DNA of 64,000 nucleotides from Bixzunavirus tonenili (IMGVR_UViG_2706796412_000001:1-64000); one strand, 5' to 3'; numbered from the stretch's first letter, positions 26,210 to 35,957 are shown. The notes: generated by a model from the sequence alone, not told the origin. Program-made: numbers and translations.

Positions 26210-27445
26210 ATGAGCACCATCACCAACCTCCCCGAGGTCCCCGCCCAGGTTCTGCGCAGCGCCGATCTGGCCGAGGCCGCCAAGGTCCTGCGGGCCCGTC
26301 GGGCCCAGAAGATCGACGTGGTCGTCCCGACCAACCAGCTCTCGCTGCAGAACGGCAACCTGCTCGTGCAGGGCCTGGACTCGGTCCAGGTGCCCGAGCA
26401 CACCGTGCTGCGCGAGGACGGCGTGGAGACCATCCCGGGCTTCACCTACAACCCGTCGGGCCTGTACCGCCCGACCTCGGTCGTCGACCAGCACATCGCC
26501 TCGCTGTTCGAGATCCCGGTCCGCTACATCCGCAAGCTGCGCGAGCAGGACGTCGAGCTGCTCGACATCAACGTCAACCGGCATGCCGCTCGGTCCGGCG
26601 GGTCGAACCTGGTTCGGCTGATCTGGGGCCAGACCCCCGGCGACGAGACCACCACCGGCATTGCTCGTGCGGTGCTCTCGGATCGCTACGCGATCATCGA
26701 TCACCTGGACACGGTGATGTCGATCCTGTCCGGTCTCGACGAACTGGGCATCTCCGGTGACAGCCTGATCCGCCTGGACCTCTCCGAGCGCAAGCTCTAC
26801 ATGGAGATCGACGCCCCGCAGATCGCGGTGCACGGTCGTGAGCTGGTGAAGAACTACCGCTCGCCGTTCACCGGTCAGACCGGTGACGAGCTGCCTCTGG
26901 TCAACGCGGGCATCAAGATCACCAACTCCGAGATCGGCCACGGCGCGTTCGAGGTCAAGCCGTTCGCCCGCTTCCAGGTCTGCATGAACGGCGCGACCAT
27001 CGACGCGGTCGGCAACAGCAAGGTCGGCCTGCGCAAGGTCCACGTCGGCAAGCAGCTTGACGAGGGGGTCATCAACTGGAGCCAGGACACCGTCCGGGCG
27101 GCCAACGAGCTGGTGCGCAACCAGGTCAAGGACGCTGTCGGTCAGTACCTGTCGGTGGACTTCCTGCAGCGCGCGGTCGACGAATGGCGCGAGCTGGCCG
27201 GAGTCGAGGTCAAGCGTCCCGCCGACACGATCAAGGTCGTCGCCGACGAGCTGTCGTGGACCGAGGGCGAGATGAACAACATCATCAACAAGTTCACCTC
27301 CGGCGGACACACCAGCGCGTTCGGTGTCGGTCAGGCGGTCACCGCCGCCGTCCAGGACATCGCGGATCCCGACCGGGCCCACGAGCTGGGCGAGCAGCAC
27401 CTCAAGGCTGCAACCATCGCCGCCCGCGAGGCTGCGAAGGCCTGA
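26210..27445 (+). CDS. DUF932-like phage/plasmid protein (411 aa)
   Basis: long ORF after leader CACCCAGAGCACCACCACCACCCACACAAGGAG; size and LSDRYAIIDHLD segment reminiscent of DUF932; family call tentative. Confidence 0.5.
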   Translation: MSTITNLPEVPAQVLRSADLAEAAKVLRARRAQKIDVVVPTNQLSLQNGNLLVQGLDSVQVPEHTVLREDGVETIPGFTYNPSGLYRPTSVVDQHIASLFEIPVRYIRKLREQDVELLDINVNRHAARSGGSNLVRLIWGQTPGDETTTGIARAVLSDRYAIIDHLDTVMSILSGLDELGISGDSLIRLDLSERKLYMEIDAPQIAVHGRELVKNYRSPFTGQTGDELPLVNAGIKITNSEIGHGAFEVKPFARFQVCMNGATIDAVGNSKVGLRKVHVGKQLDEGVINWSQDTVRAANELVRNQVKDAVGQYLSVDFLQRAVDEWRELAGVEVKRPADTIKVVADELSWTEGEMNNIINKFTSGGHTSAFGVGQAVTAAVQDIADPDRAHELGEQHLKAATIAAREAAKA

Positions 27446-27453
27446 GGCCTGAC

Positions 27454-27480
27454 GGGAGGACCGGAGACCCCGGTCCTCCC
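27454..27480 (+). terminator. perfect 11-bp hairpin GGGAGGACCGG-agacc-CCGGTCCTCCC
   Basis: inverted repeat 8 nt after stop of 26210-27445. Confidence 0.5.
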
Positions 27481-27514
27481 ACCACTCACCCATCTAGAAA
27501 TGGAAAGGTCAGCC

Positions 27515-28195
27515 ATGACCCTCAACACCCGCATTGCCGTACGCCTGCCCGGCGAGCACGGCCTCACCCCGCGCCAGGTCTTCGACGAACTGGTCAAGGC
27601 GCTGATCCACGCCGGTGGCCCCTGGTCCAGAGATCTCTCGGAGAACATCTTCGACCCCAATCCGACCCTGGCCCCGGCCAGCACCGAAATGCCGAAGACC
27701 GAGAAGTCCAAGGGCGAGGAGACCGGAAGTATCTACACCGCGCTCGGTCAGGGTTTTCACGGCATCACCGACATCGAATATCGTGTCGACGGCTCGCCGC
27801 TCTACCCCAAGGACGTAACCAACGGGGAGTTGTATCCGGAGGACTACGACCCGAACGATCCCGACGACGTCAGACACGCCCAGAACCTGGCCTATCCGGC
27901 CTGCTGGTATCTGCTCTCGGTTGACACCGCTTACGGCTATCGGCCCGATACGGGCCACATGCCCGGGGTGACCGGCTGCACCACCCTGCATGCGGCGGCG
28001 ATCGGCATCTTCAACCAGTGGGTGGTTGCCCAGGGCGGCTCGGTGATCTGGGAGAACGAGTACGCCGGGACCTGGCACACCATGGACGACGAGGAGGGCT
28101 GGGCCAACTTCGCCGGGAATGGCGCCGAGGCCATGAGCTGGTTCAAGAACACCATCCCTGTCGTCGTCGCCACATACGGATCCAGCAACAGCTGA
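27515..28195 (+). CDS. hypothetical protein (226 aa)
   Basis: ATG after GAAAGG; follows terminator and CCACTCACCCA leader. Confidence 0.5.
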   Translation: MTLNTRIAVRLPGEHGLTPRQVFDELVKALIHAGGPWSRDLSENIFDPNPTLAPASTEMPKTEKSKGEETGSIYTALGQGFHGITDIEYRVDGSPLYPKDVTNGELYPEDYDPNDPDDVRHAQNLAYPACWYLLSVDTAYGYRPDTGHMPGVTGCTTLHAAAIGIFNQWVVAQGGSVIWENEYAGTWHTMDDEEGWANFAGNGAEAMSWFKNTIPVVVATYGSSNS

Positions 28196-28230
28196 TCAAC
28201 CTCATTCACTCACCCACTCGAAGGAGAATC

Positions 28231-28506
28231 ATGAAGACCACACTGACCCTCGCCGTCCTCGGCACCGCCGTCACCCTCGCTCTTGCCCCCGTCGCTCAGG
28301 CCGCGCCCGCCTGGGTCGAAGACGAGAGCGCCAACATCTGCAACTCGTTGAACCTGGCGTCCAGCTACGACAGGTCCTGGGTCACCACGCAGATCTCGCT
28401 GCTGCAGTTGTCTCACGACATCGGTCGCGCCGAGGCTGTCGCGGGCATCCGTGCCGCCGCGATCGAGTACTGCCCCGAATACCTGTCCGTCGTCCCTGCG
28501 AAATAA
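28231..28506 (+). CDS. secreted protein (91 aa)
   Basis: leader CACTCACCCACTCGAAGGAG; signal peptide MKTTLTLAVLGTAVTLALAPVAQA. Confidence 0.45.
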   Translation: MKTTLTLAVLGTAVTLALAPVAQAAPAWVEDESANICNSLNLASSYDRSWVTTQISLLQLSHDIGRAEAVAGIRAAAIEYCPEYLSVVPAK

Positions 28507-28522
28507 CCCAAGGACTGATCAC

Positions 28523-29107
28523 GTGGTGGTGGTCACTGAGGAGGAGTCCCGGGACTACGGTTCCGGGGCTCCTTCGCCTTCCTTGGAGACGATGGCCACG
28601 ATGTGGCTGCAGGCTGACCGCCGGATGTATCAGGCGGTGCACGGCAAGTCCAACGGACCGGTTTTCGGCATCCTGCTGCCCGATCAGCTGCGGATGCGCT
28701 ATGAGCGCGAGGTCTACAACCGTAACGGCGTGGCCGATCCAGCGATCGAGTCCGGCATCTACCACCGCGCCTACAACCCTCAGGTCGGTCGTCGGCCCCG
28801 CCGTAAATTCGACCCACACAACGACGGTCCTGCCCACCACTACGACTCCCGTGTCGGTATGGAGGGCAATCATGTCGGCTGGTCAGAAGACCTGTGCGGT
28901 CCGCACCGCGATCCGGCCTGGTCGGATCCTCCCGGTCAGAACCGCTGGCATCATCTGGACCGAATGCAGCGCAGTCGCATTCGTGCGACGTTGCGCAAGC
29001 TGCCGCAAGAGCATCTGGCACTGCGCGACATCGTCCGGCGGCATCTGTCCGCGACCTACGGTGTGCCGGTGCATGTCATTGTCAGGGTGGAGCTGAGCGG
29101 CTTATAG
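28523..29107 (+). CDS. hypothetical protein (194 aa)
   Basis: GTG after AAGGA; alternative ATG 28592. Confidence 0.4.
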   Translation: MVVVTEEESRDYGSGAPSPSLETMATMWLQADRRMYQAVHGKSNGPVFGILLPDQLRMRYEREVYNRNGVADPAIESGIYHRAYNPQVGRRPRRKFDPHNDGPAHHYDSRVGMEGNHVGWSEDLCGPHRDPAWSDPPGQNRWHHLDRMQRSRIRATLRKLPQEHLALRDIVRRHLSATYGVPVHVIVRVELSGL

Positions 29108-29116
29108 TCTGGAGCC

Positions 29117-29482
29117 ATGGCCAGCAGCGGCATCGCGTTTCCCGCGACTCACCCGATCCACGAGAAGGTGCGGGCGTACCGGGAGGAACGCGAACGTCAG
29201 GAGCGCGCGCTGGATGAGGCCACCGGCGGCTACGACGCCGACAAGGCCGACTACTTCGCTCGGGGCGGCAAGCCGCTGATCACCTTCAAGGACTGGCTCA
29301 AGAGCACCAAGGCGTCCGACGCCGAGCAAGCCCAGCAGGCCGGGCCGGTGACCAACGAGGTGTACGCTCCTGACCCCGACGCCTGGGGGTCCGACGACGA
29401 CGTGCCCGCCTGGGCCAGGATGGCGCGACGTCGCTTTTCCATCCCGATTCGAGTCCTTCTGCCGAAACAAATCGGCCTGTAG
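29117..29482 (+). CDS. hypothetical protein (121 aa)
   Basis: ORF after GGAG. Confidence 0.4.
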   Translation: MASSGIAFPATHPIHEKVRAYREERERQERALDEATGGYDADKADYFARGGKPLITFKDWLKSTKASDAEQAQQAGPVTNEVYAPDPDAWGSDDDVPAWARMARRRFSIPIRVLLPKQIGL

Positions 29483-29529
29483 TACTGTTATAGTCAGCAC
29501 ACACACTCACCCACTCAGAGGAGATCGCC

Positions 29530-30264
29530 ATGGGACAGTATTACCGCCCGACCGTCGTCGACCAGCACAACAACGTCTTGTTCACCGCCTACAGCCACGA
29601 GTTCGACAGCGGACTCAAGCTTCTGGAACACAGCTGGATCGGCAACGACTTCGTCCAGGCCTTCGAAACCCTGCTCGTCGCCGACGGGCCGGTGCGCGTG
29701 GTGTGGGCCGGTGACTACGCCGACCCCGAGACCGACGCCGAGGGCAACCCGCTGAAGGTGACCGGCACAGATGGCAACGAGTACGACGCCAACCTGTACA
29801 CCCTCGCTGCACTCGCCGAGGACAAGCACTATCGCCCCGACGTCCCGGCCTGGAACCGTCAGTCGGTCTGCAACTGGACCTACGCCAACGGCAGGCGCCG
29901 CGAGAAGCCCAAGATCACCTACGTCCCGTACGACGAGGACCTCAAGCCCAACGCCTTTCCGGAGGTGCTGCCCACGACGACCAGCCACCCGTATCTGCTC
30001 AACCACGACAAGGGCCTGGCCGTCGACAAGCGCCGGGTCCCCAAGGATGCGACCGGCTGGCGCATTCATCCGTTGCCGCTGCTCACCGTGGAGGGTAACG
30101 GTCGTGGCGGCGGCGACTTCCATGTCGATCCGAGCTACTTTCGCACCGGTGGTAATCGGGGCAATTTCGACCTGATCGGCTCGTGGTCACGCGATCGGAT
30201 CTCGTTGTCCAAGACTCTGCCCAAGGGTTTTGAGCGGATCGACTTCGACTTGGTGGAAGGGTGA
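29530..30264 (+). CDS. hypothetical protein (244 aa)
   Basis: leader ACACACTCACCCACTCAGAGGAG 47 nt after TTATAGT element. Confidence 0.5.
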   Translation: MGQYYRPTVVDQHNNVLFTAYSHEFDSGLKLLEHSWIGNDFVQAFETLLVADGPVRVVWAGDYADPETDAEGNPLKVTGTDGNEYDANLYTLAALAEDKHYRPDVPAWNRQSVCNWTYANGRRREKPKITYVPYDEDLKPNAFPEVLPTTTSHPYLLNHDKGLAVDKRRVPKDATGWRIHPLPLLTVEGNGRGGGDFHVDPSYFRTGGNRGNFDLIGSWSRDRISLSKTLPKGFERIDFDLVEG

Positions 30265-30476
30265 TCATTGCCGGGCTGGCTTGGGCTGATTCTCAGTCCA
30301 AGCCGCCACTGTCCAATGTCATACCACTTCGTGAGGCTCCCATGCCCGGAGACGGAATTCAGTTACAAAGCGGGTCTGAGTTGCTCGTAATCCGTCGCAA
30401 ATTCCTGGAGTTACCTTCTGATCCCGCGCAGGCGTCCAATCATGTCGACTTGATCCTGACCGTAAGGGAGAAGTGA
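30261..30476 (+). CDS. hypothetical protein (71 aa)
   Basis: GTGA overlap; atypical composition. Confidence 0.3.
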   Translation: MIIAGLAWADSQSKPPLSNVIPLREAPMPGDGIQLQSGSELLVIRRKFLELPSDPAQASNHVDLILTVREK

Positions 30477-30478
30477 GA

Positions 30479-31042
30479 ATGTCTGACTTTGTCTTTGCGT
30501 GGGATGAGCGCGAAGAGGAGTGGCACGAGGAGCAGCTGGCGAAAGGACTGTGTCCGACGCTGCAGTCCCACCAGGTGTGTCGTGCTGCCGAAGAGATCAT
30601 GGACGAGGATGATCCGGCGCCGGACTGGCCCAAGGCCGACAAGTGCTTCTGGTGCGGCAAGAAGTGCGACGGCAACTGTCTGCGTGTCAACCACGAGTCC
30701 GGTCCCAGGCAGATGACCCCCGAGGACCCGGCCTACTGGATGCTCTCCAGTGGCAAAACCACCAGCACGACGGTTTCTGATCCGAGCTGCTATGTCTGCC
30801 AGGATCCAGAGTTTGCGCAAATGGGTTTGCCGTTGTGCAAGCCGTGTCCGGACTGCACCGCCAAGGAGGGCAGGGACGCGGGTCATGTGCCCGCCGACGA
30901 CGAGGAGTGCACCGTCTGCGGATTCAATCTGCGCGTCTACTACGAGTGCGGCAAGGACATGGATGCCTATCGCAAGCTCACGCAGGAAGAGGCTGGACCC
31001 TGCACACGAGAAGGAGCCGAATGGGAACCACCTACGCCCTGA
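30479..31042 (+). CDS. Cys-rich zinc-binding protein (187 aa)
   Basis: four CxxC pairs (CFWCGKKCDGNC, CYVC, CKPCPDC, CTVC) after AAGGGAG. Confidence 0.45.
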   Translation: MSDFVFAWDEREEEWHEEQLAKGLCPTLQSHQVCRAAEEIMDEDDPAPDWPKADKCFWCGKKCDGNCLRVNHESGPRQMTPEDPAYWMLSSGKTTSTTVSDPSCYVCQDPEFAQMGLPLCKPCPDCTAKEGRDAGHVPADDEECTVCGFNLRVYYECGKDMDAYRKLTQEEAGPCTREGAEWEPPTP

Positions 31043-31191
31043 TGCGCAACGGTCGCATCATCAACACCGTCACCACGGTGGCGTCGCAGGAGGAGGTCGA
31101 GAGAAGGTTCAAGACCTTCGACGTGAAGCCGATTGACGAGGTGCCGCTGTCTGTCCGGCAGGCCTACAAGTACTGGGACGAAAGGCCGTGA
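31021..31191 (+). CDS. hypothetical protein (56 aa)
   Basis: AAGGAG RBS; overlaps upstream gene. Confidence 0.35.
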   Translation: MGTTYALMRNGRIINTVTTVASQEEVERRFKTFDVKPIDEVPLSVRQAYKYWDERP

Positions 31192-31258
31192 CCTGATAGA
31201 CCCTGTCAACCCTTCCGGTGCTGCCTCGAATAGATGACGGGGCGAGGGAGGAGTTGTT

Positions 31259-31585
31259 GTGGACAACGACGACGACAAGGTCCGGGTCTGGATCCATCTG
31301 TACGGAGGCGAGCAGGACGGGTGGCGCCGCAAGATCGTGCTGGCCGACGCCGATCCGGAGAAGGCTCCGCAGATGTTCTACGTCTGCCGCATTCGTGACG
31401 AGGTCAAGATCTCCGAAGCGGCGTCGCCGACTGCCCGCATGACCCTGCAGAATCAGCTCTCACAGCTCGCCTACGAGCTGTACGCCGATGTTGTCATTCC
31501 ATGTGCGAGTGGCAAACCCGAACGCGAGTTGCGTTATCGACGGCTGGAGTCCGCCGACAAGGTGATGCCCAACGCAATGGGATAA
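31259..31585 (+). CDS. hypothetical protein (108 aa)
   Basis: GTG after GGGAGGAG. Confidence 0.4.
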   Translation: MDNDDDKVRVWIHLYGGEQDGWRRKIVLADADPEKAPQMFYVCRIRDEVKISEAASPTARMTLQNQLSQLAYELYADVVIPCASGKPERELRYRRLESADKVMPNAMG

Positions 31586-31594
31586 TCCCCTTTT

Positions 31595-31617
31595 CCTCCT
31601 CTAACAGATAGAGGAGG
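31595..31617 (+). promoter_or_regulatory. SD-sequestering hairpin CCTCCTCT-aacagat-AGAGGAGG
   Basis: 8-bp stem whose 3' arm is the GAGGAGG RBS 6 nt before ATG 31624. Confidence 0.45.
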
Positions 31618-31623
31618 TCACCT

Positions 31624-32355
31624 ATGTTTCGTTCCGCGTCGGCCATTGAGGCCGAAGCCGCTCAGCGCAAGCTGGACCAGTTGCGCGAAGACTGGCAACG
31701 CACGGCGAGCACCTGGTTTGACGGTACCGCCGAGTCGGTGGACCGCCGAATCGCTCAGCTCGATCGGGTGATCGCATTCGCCTCGCGTACCGCCCAGCGT
31801 GACGGAGATCCGGCAAAGTTCTGCCTGTCGGCACTGCCCACACTCAAGGCCAATCGCGAAGAGCTGACTGAACTGCGTCGCCAGCTGGTCGGCGGCTCCT
31901 GGTACACCGGTCCTGAGGATCACGGATTCGCCCTGAATCCCAACGACTACTCCAGCATGCGCGAGTGGATGGATGCGTCCAACATGAGCAGCTACATCCA
32001 GGACGCTCACGACAAGCACCCTCAGGACAACTGGGACCGCCACAAGGGCGACTACGCTGTCGACGAGAGCTGGATGGACCCGCATGCGCCCGCCGCATCG
32101 GGCCGCGACCTCATTCTCAATCACGCTGCTCTCGACTTCATCGCCGAGCAAGACACCACCGATCCCGGAGAACTCAAGATCCGGGCCCAGCGCCTCATCG
32201 CGGCGCGTACTTCCACATGGTCACGTGAAGCATCGGCCCGGGCAGTCCAGGCCTTTGTGAGGGCCGTGGAGGACAACAGTCCCCGACCGGTCCGGACAGC
32301 ATCGGCTCCAGTGCGGCACCTGCCCGGCTTCGAGGATTACCTCATGTTCAGTTGA
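31624..32355 (+). CDS. hypothetical protein (243 aa)
   Basis: ORF after hairpin-embedded RBS. Confidence 0.5.
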   Translation: MFRSASAIEAEAAQRKLDQLREDWQRTASTWFDGTAESVDRRIAQLDRVIAFASRTAQRDGDPAKFCLSALPTLKANREELTELRRQLVGGSWYTGPEDHGFALNPNDYSSMREWMDASNMSSYIQDAHDKHPQDNWDRHKGDYAVDESWMDPHAPAASGRDLILNHAALDFIAEQDTTDPGELKIRAQRLIAARTSTWSREASARAVQAFVRAVEDNSPRPVRTASAPVRHLPGFEDYLMFS

Positions 32356-32616
32356 GCACAGAGAGGCTGGTGGGTCCGATGATGTCACCAGAGGAAAAGT
32401 GGGAGATCAAGCAGCTGGTGCACCAGGAGCTGGCCGCGATCGAATACGAGATCGCGCACAACGCCGGGAGTTACCGGTACCTGTGTGCTTCGGGCGGAAT
32501 CACATTTTTTAGTCACACCCCCGTCGGGACGGTACTGCGAAGCATTCCGCCTCGAACGCACTTGCCGGTCAGTGTGTGACCGACCCAAGTGAGTGTCGTG
32601 ATAAGGAGAAACTGTA

Positions 32617-32910
32617 GTGGCGAGCTGGCGCAATCCGCTCCGAGACATCAGGCCGCTGACCGTCACGATGTTTCTGGTCACGGCGATGTGGGCGGTGTTC
32701 CAAGCAGTGGACCCCGCGCCGCCGCCGGTTCTGGACCAGATTCTTATCGCGATCTTCGGCGCCTGGCTTGCACGCGAGACGGTTGATCGGAAAAACGAGC
32801 GGGTAAATAGCGACGAGCCGGAGAAGGATGCCGCTGCACCCGCGTCAATAAGCGATGATGGGCAGAAGGGCAAGGTCGGGGACAAGACCGAAGAGGATGA
32901 GACAGGCTGA
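32617..32910 (+). CDS. membrane protein (97 aa)
   Basis: GTG start; two TM helices; acidic tail. Confidence 0.35.
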   Translation: MASWRNPLRDIRPLTVTMFLVTAMWAVFQAVDPAPPPVLDQILIAIFGAWLARETVDRKNERVNSDEPEKDAAAPASISDDGQKGKVGDKTEEDETG

Positions 32911-33045
32911 TGGGGGACCTGGTCGTGGATCTTCTGGGTGGGTTGTGGACGTGGCAGACGCCCGTTTCCTTCCTGGCCGGTATCGGCGCGACTCGGCTCT
33001 ACGACTTCTGCCTTGACACCTGCCGACGACGCTCCAAGAGAGAGA

Positions 33046-33540
33046 CACCCGATGTTCAGAAGGAAGAGTGACGGCACCTACGCGCTGTCTGCCCGGTTCT
33101 GGACCTACGCGATCATCTTCACACTGATCACGGTCTGGATCGGCATCCGGACCCAGCGCACGGCCAACCTGGTCGAGGACCAGGCCAAGAGCACCACGGC
33201 CTTCGCCGAGGCCACCAACAAATGCCTCAATCAGGTGATCGACGTGCTGACCACCCGTGTGGGGTACAACGACCAGATCGCCGATCTCGAACGTCGGTGG
33301 TCGGTGCTCGACGCCCGGCGTCAGGCCATCTGGGATCAGCTGGTTTTCGACCTGGCCCAGGCCAACAACTCCGACGGCCTCAACAAGCAGGCCCTCGACC
33401 GTTTCCTGACCTCCAACGCCCAGCTCAAGGACGAAATCGGCGCCGTCCGCAGCGAGCAGGCCAAGCTCGGCGATCGCCGCGAAGAGATCCAGTATCCCGA
33501 CTGCGCAGCGGCGCTGGCAGCCGACGGCCCCGGGAAGTAA
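33046..33540 (+). CDS. membrane-anchored coiled-coil protein (164 aa)
   Basis: N-terminal TM helix YAIIFTLITVWIGI. Confidence 0.4.
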   Translation, partial: HPMFRRKSDGTYALSARFWTYAIIFTLITVWIGIRTQRTANLVEDQAKSTTAFAEATNKCLNQVIDVLTTRVGYNDQIADLERRWSVLDARRQAIWDQLVFDLAQANNSDGLNKQALDRFLTSNAQLKDEIGAVRSEQAKLGDRREEIQYPDCAAALAADGPGK

Positions 33541-33542
33541 CG

Positions 33543-35798
33543 ATGTGCTACGGCTGCCAGCAGGTCCTTGCCGACCTGCAGGACTACCACGAGGGCGCAC
33601 GGATCACCGCCGCCGAGTACCAGGTCCCGCCGGAGTGGCAGCGCTACTACGACCACATGAGCGGTCAGCCGGATCGCTCGCAGGCCGCGCACCTGATGAT
33701 GCCGACCGAGCTGGTACACCACTACCGCGAGTACGACCGTGACCCCGCCGACCCGAACTACCAGGTGCTCAAGAAGGTCATCCGGGAGCACGGCAATCAG
33801 ATCCGTCAGCCGCTGGTGATCAACGCCGACGACACCCACGGCGTGCTGACCGAGGGCAATCACCGCGCGGCCATCGCGCGCGAGCTGGGCATCACTCATC
33901 TGCCAGTGCGGGTCCAGTACGGCCCTAAAGCCCAGGCCAACGAGGGCACCCCGGTGCCGCACCATCCTGCATTCAAGCAGTGGCTGGACGCGAACATGGG
34001 CACGTTGCGCACCGCCGGGGCCAACGGCGACCTTCCTGAGCTGCGCTACGAATACTCCATGGGCCCGAAGACCAAGCGTCACAGGCTCATGGCCTACGAC
34101 GACACTCTCCGCGTCGGCTGGCTCGACTGGACCCCGGGCGGAGAGGTCGAGAACATCGAAATTCATCCCGACTATCAGCGTCGAGGCATTGCCAGCGAGA
34201 TGTGGCGACGTGCTCAGGACATCGACCCCTACATCAGCCACTCGCGTGCTCAGACATCGGAGGGCAAGGCGTGGGCTGCTGCGGTTGGCGGACGTACCGC
34301 CAGCTTCCACGAGGGCGCACGGATCGCCGCCGCTGAGACCCCGTTCATCGCGCGCGGGATGTCCATCGGACTTCCCGACGATGACCACGACCTATTCCAT
34401 GCGATCAACGAGCACCGGGCCACCCCGGAGCACATGTATCGGCTGCTGACCCACACCGACGGGCGCGCGGGTGTGTGGTGGGGTACCTATCGCGACGACG
34501 AGCACCCCGACCCCAAGGCCTACGGCAGCTTCGAGGACTTCGTCGCGCATGCCGGAATGGGCGAGGAGTCGGTGGCCAAGTATCACGACTCTGGTGAGTA
34601 CCACGACCGCGTGCGCGCGGAAGGCGGCCAGGGCCCTGGTCAGATCTTCGCCGAGGTGCCGGTGGTCGCCGTCGGCACCCGACCCAAGCGCGGGGACGAG
34701 CTGTGGGACCCCGACAAGCACAACCCTGCCGACTCGCTGATGGGCAACTCCTATCTGGACGACAACGAGCCCATCGACCTGCACGAGGTGCACTACAACT
34801 CAGGCCGAGGCTGGGTGAAGGTGCCGATGAAGGGCTACCGTGTCCAGGCCGTGCGGACGGCGGGCGCCTATGACCCATATGTCCCGATTCGCCAGGATGA
34901 TCAGTTCGGCCAGTTCTACGCGCCGACGCAGACCGACGACCAGGGCCGTATTCGGGTACATCGAGGTCTAATCGTCCCGCACGGCACTCATCCCGATCAT
35001 GTTGCTGATGGCGGCGTCGGCCCACACTGGAGTGTCAACTCTCAGATCTCCGAATCATTCGCCGACCCGGACTATTACGGAGAGGGCGACGACGATATCG
35101 GCATGGTGCTGTCTGGTTGGCTCGATCCGACCCATGACACCAATATGGACTCCGACGACCTCACGGGCGGCAGCGGGTATCACAATGAGCAGGAGTTGAC
35201 CCTGCATCCAGGCACTCCTGTACATGTGGATCGGGTGCGGTGGAGACCGACGAATCATGACGGCCACTCCTGGAACGAGCACCCCTGGACTCCGCGCACC
35301 GTCACCGCCTTCTATCAGGCCGACGACTCGCTGATGGAGCCCGACCCGGCGCCATTCGGAGTTCCACGTCGATACGCTTCGATCCCTGATGGCTACAACA
35401 TCCATCTGGTCACCACCAACGGATACGGCGGTGGCACGGTGGCCGCATATCCGAAGACGGTGCGCAAGCCCGGCCCGAACAACTGGCATGCAGGCCTGCA
35501 GTGGGACAACTACGGCAAGATCACTCACGTCGACACCAAGGAACCGTATCGGGGCAAGGGACTGGCCAGGGCGCTCTACGAGCACGTCAAGCAGAACTAT
35601 CGTCCCGATCTCATGCATGACAGTGCGATCAGTGCTGACGGCAAGGCGTTCGCCGACGCCGTGGGTGGGCAGATGTTCGACGCCGACGAATATCAACGCC
35701 GACGCGATCAGCATGACCAGGAGAGGAAACTCCCCTACGAGCAACGCAGTCAGATGTGGAAAGAACGTGGCTGGCCAAGCTTCGGTGTGCTAGATTGA
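33543..35798 (+). CDS. polyvalent protein: ParB-like nuclease domain plus GNAT-like acetyltransferase motifs (752 aa)
   Basis: ParB/Srx motif QPLVINADDTHGVLTEGNHRAAIARELGITHLPV; GNAT-like IEIHPDYQRRGIASEMWRRA and YRGKGLARALYEHV; internal repeat HEGARI(T/A)AAE twice. Confidence 0.6.
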   Translation: MCYGCQQVLADLQDYHEGARITAAEYQVPPEWQRYYDHMSGQPDRSQAAHLMMPTELVHHYREYDRDPADPNYQVLKKVIREHGNQIRQPLVINADDTHGVLTEGNHRAAIARELGITHLPVRVQYGPKAQANEGTPVPHHPAFKQWLDANMGTLRTAGANGDLPELRYEYSMGPKTKRHRLMAYDDTLRVGWLDWTPGGEVENIEIHPDYQRRGIASEMWRRAQDIDPYISHSRAQTSEGKAWAAAVGGRTASFHEGARIAAAETPFIARGMSIGLPDDDHDLFHAINEHRATPEHMYRLLTHTDGRAGVWWGTYRDDEHPDPKAYGSFEDFVAHAGMGEESVAKYHDSGEYHDRVRAEGGQGPGQIFAEVPVVAVGTRPKRGDELWDPDKHNPADSLMGNSYLDDNEPIDLHEVHYNSGRGWVKVPMKGYRVQAVRTAGAYDPYVPIRQDDQFGQFYAPTQTDDQGRIRVHRGLIVPHGTHPDHVADGGVGPHWSVNSQISESFADPDYYGEGDDDIGMVLSGWLDPTHDTNMDSDDLTGGSGYHNEQELTLHPGTPVHVDRVRWRPTNHDGHSWNEHPWTPRTVTAFYQADDSLMEPDPAPFGVPRRYASIPDGYNIHLVTTNGYGGGTVAAYPKTVRKPGPNNWHAGLQWDNYGKITHVDTKEPYRGKGLARALYEHVKQNYRPDLMHDSAISADGKAFADAVGGQMFDADEYQRRRDQHDQERKLPYEQRSQMWKERGWPSFGVLD

Positions 35799-35848
35799 TC
35801 GACATGATCGCTTTCCGCCTGAGTTTGTCCTCATCGCTAGTTAGCTAG

Positions 35849-35869
35849 CGGAGGGCTCACTCCTCCGCG
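35849..35869 (+). terminator. hairpin GCGGAGG-gctcact-CCTCCGC
   Basis: 7-bp perfect stem 50 nt after stop of polyvalent gene, just before tRNA array. Confidence 0.35.
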
Positions 35870-35874
35870 TCTAA

Positions 35875-35957
35875 GGAGGGTGAGCATCAGGTGATGCAGC
35901 GAGATTGCTAATCCCGTACGGTAACCACCCCGTGAGGTTCGAATCCTCCTCCCTCCG
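35875..35957 (+). tRNA. tRNA-Ser(GCU)-like, class II (hand-folded)
   Basis: acceptor GGAGGGT/TCCCTCC, D-stem GCAT/ATGC, anticodon loop TTGCTAA with imperfect stem, long variable arm, T-arm GAGG-TTCGAAT-CCTC, G73. Confidence 0.4.

Noticed and set aside
32352-33071. Small ORFs 32352-32579 and 32910-33071
   Set aside because: Weak or unclear starts and very short. They could be real membrane micro-proteins, but the evidence is insufficient to list them as features.
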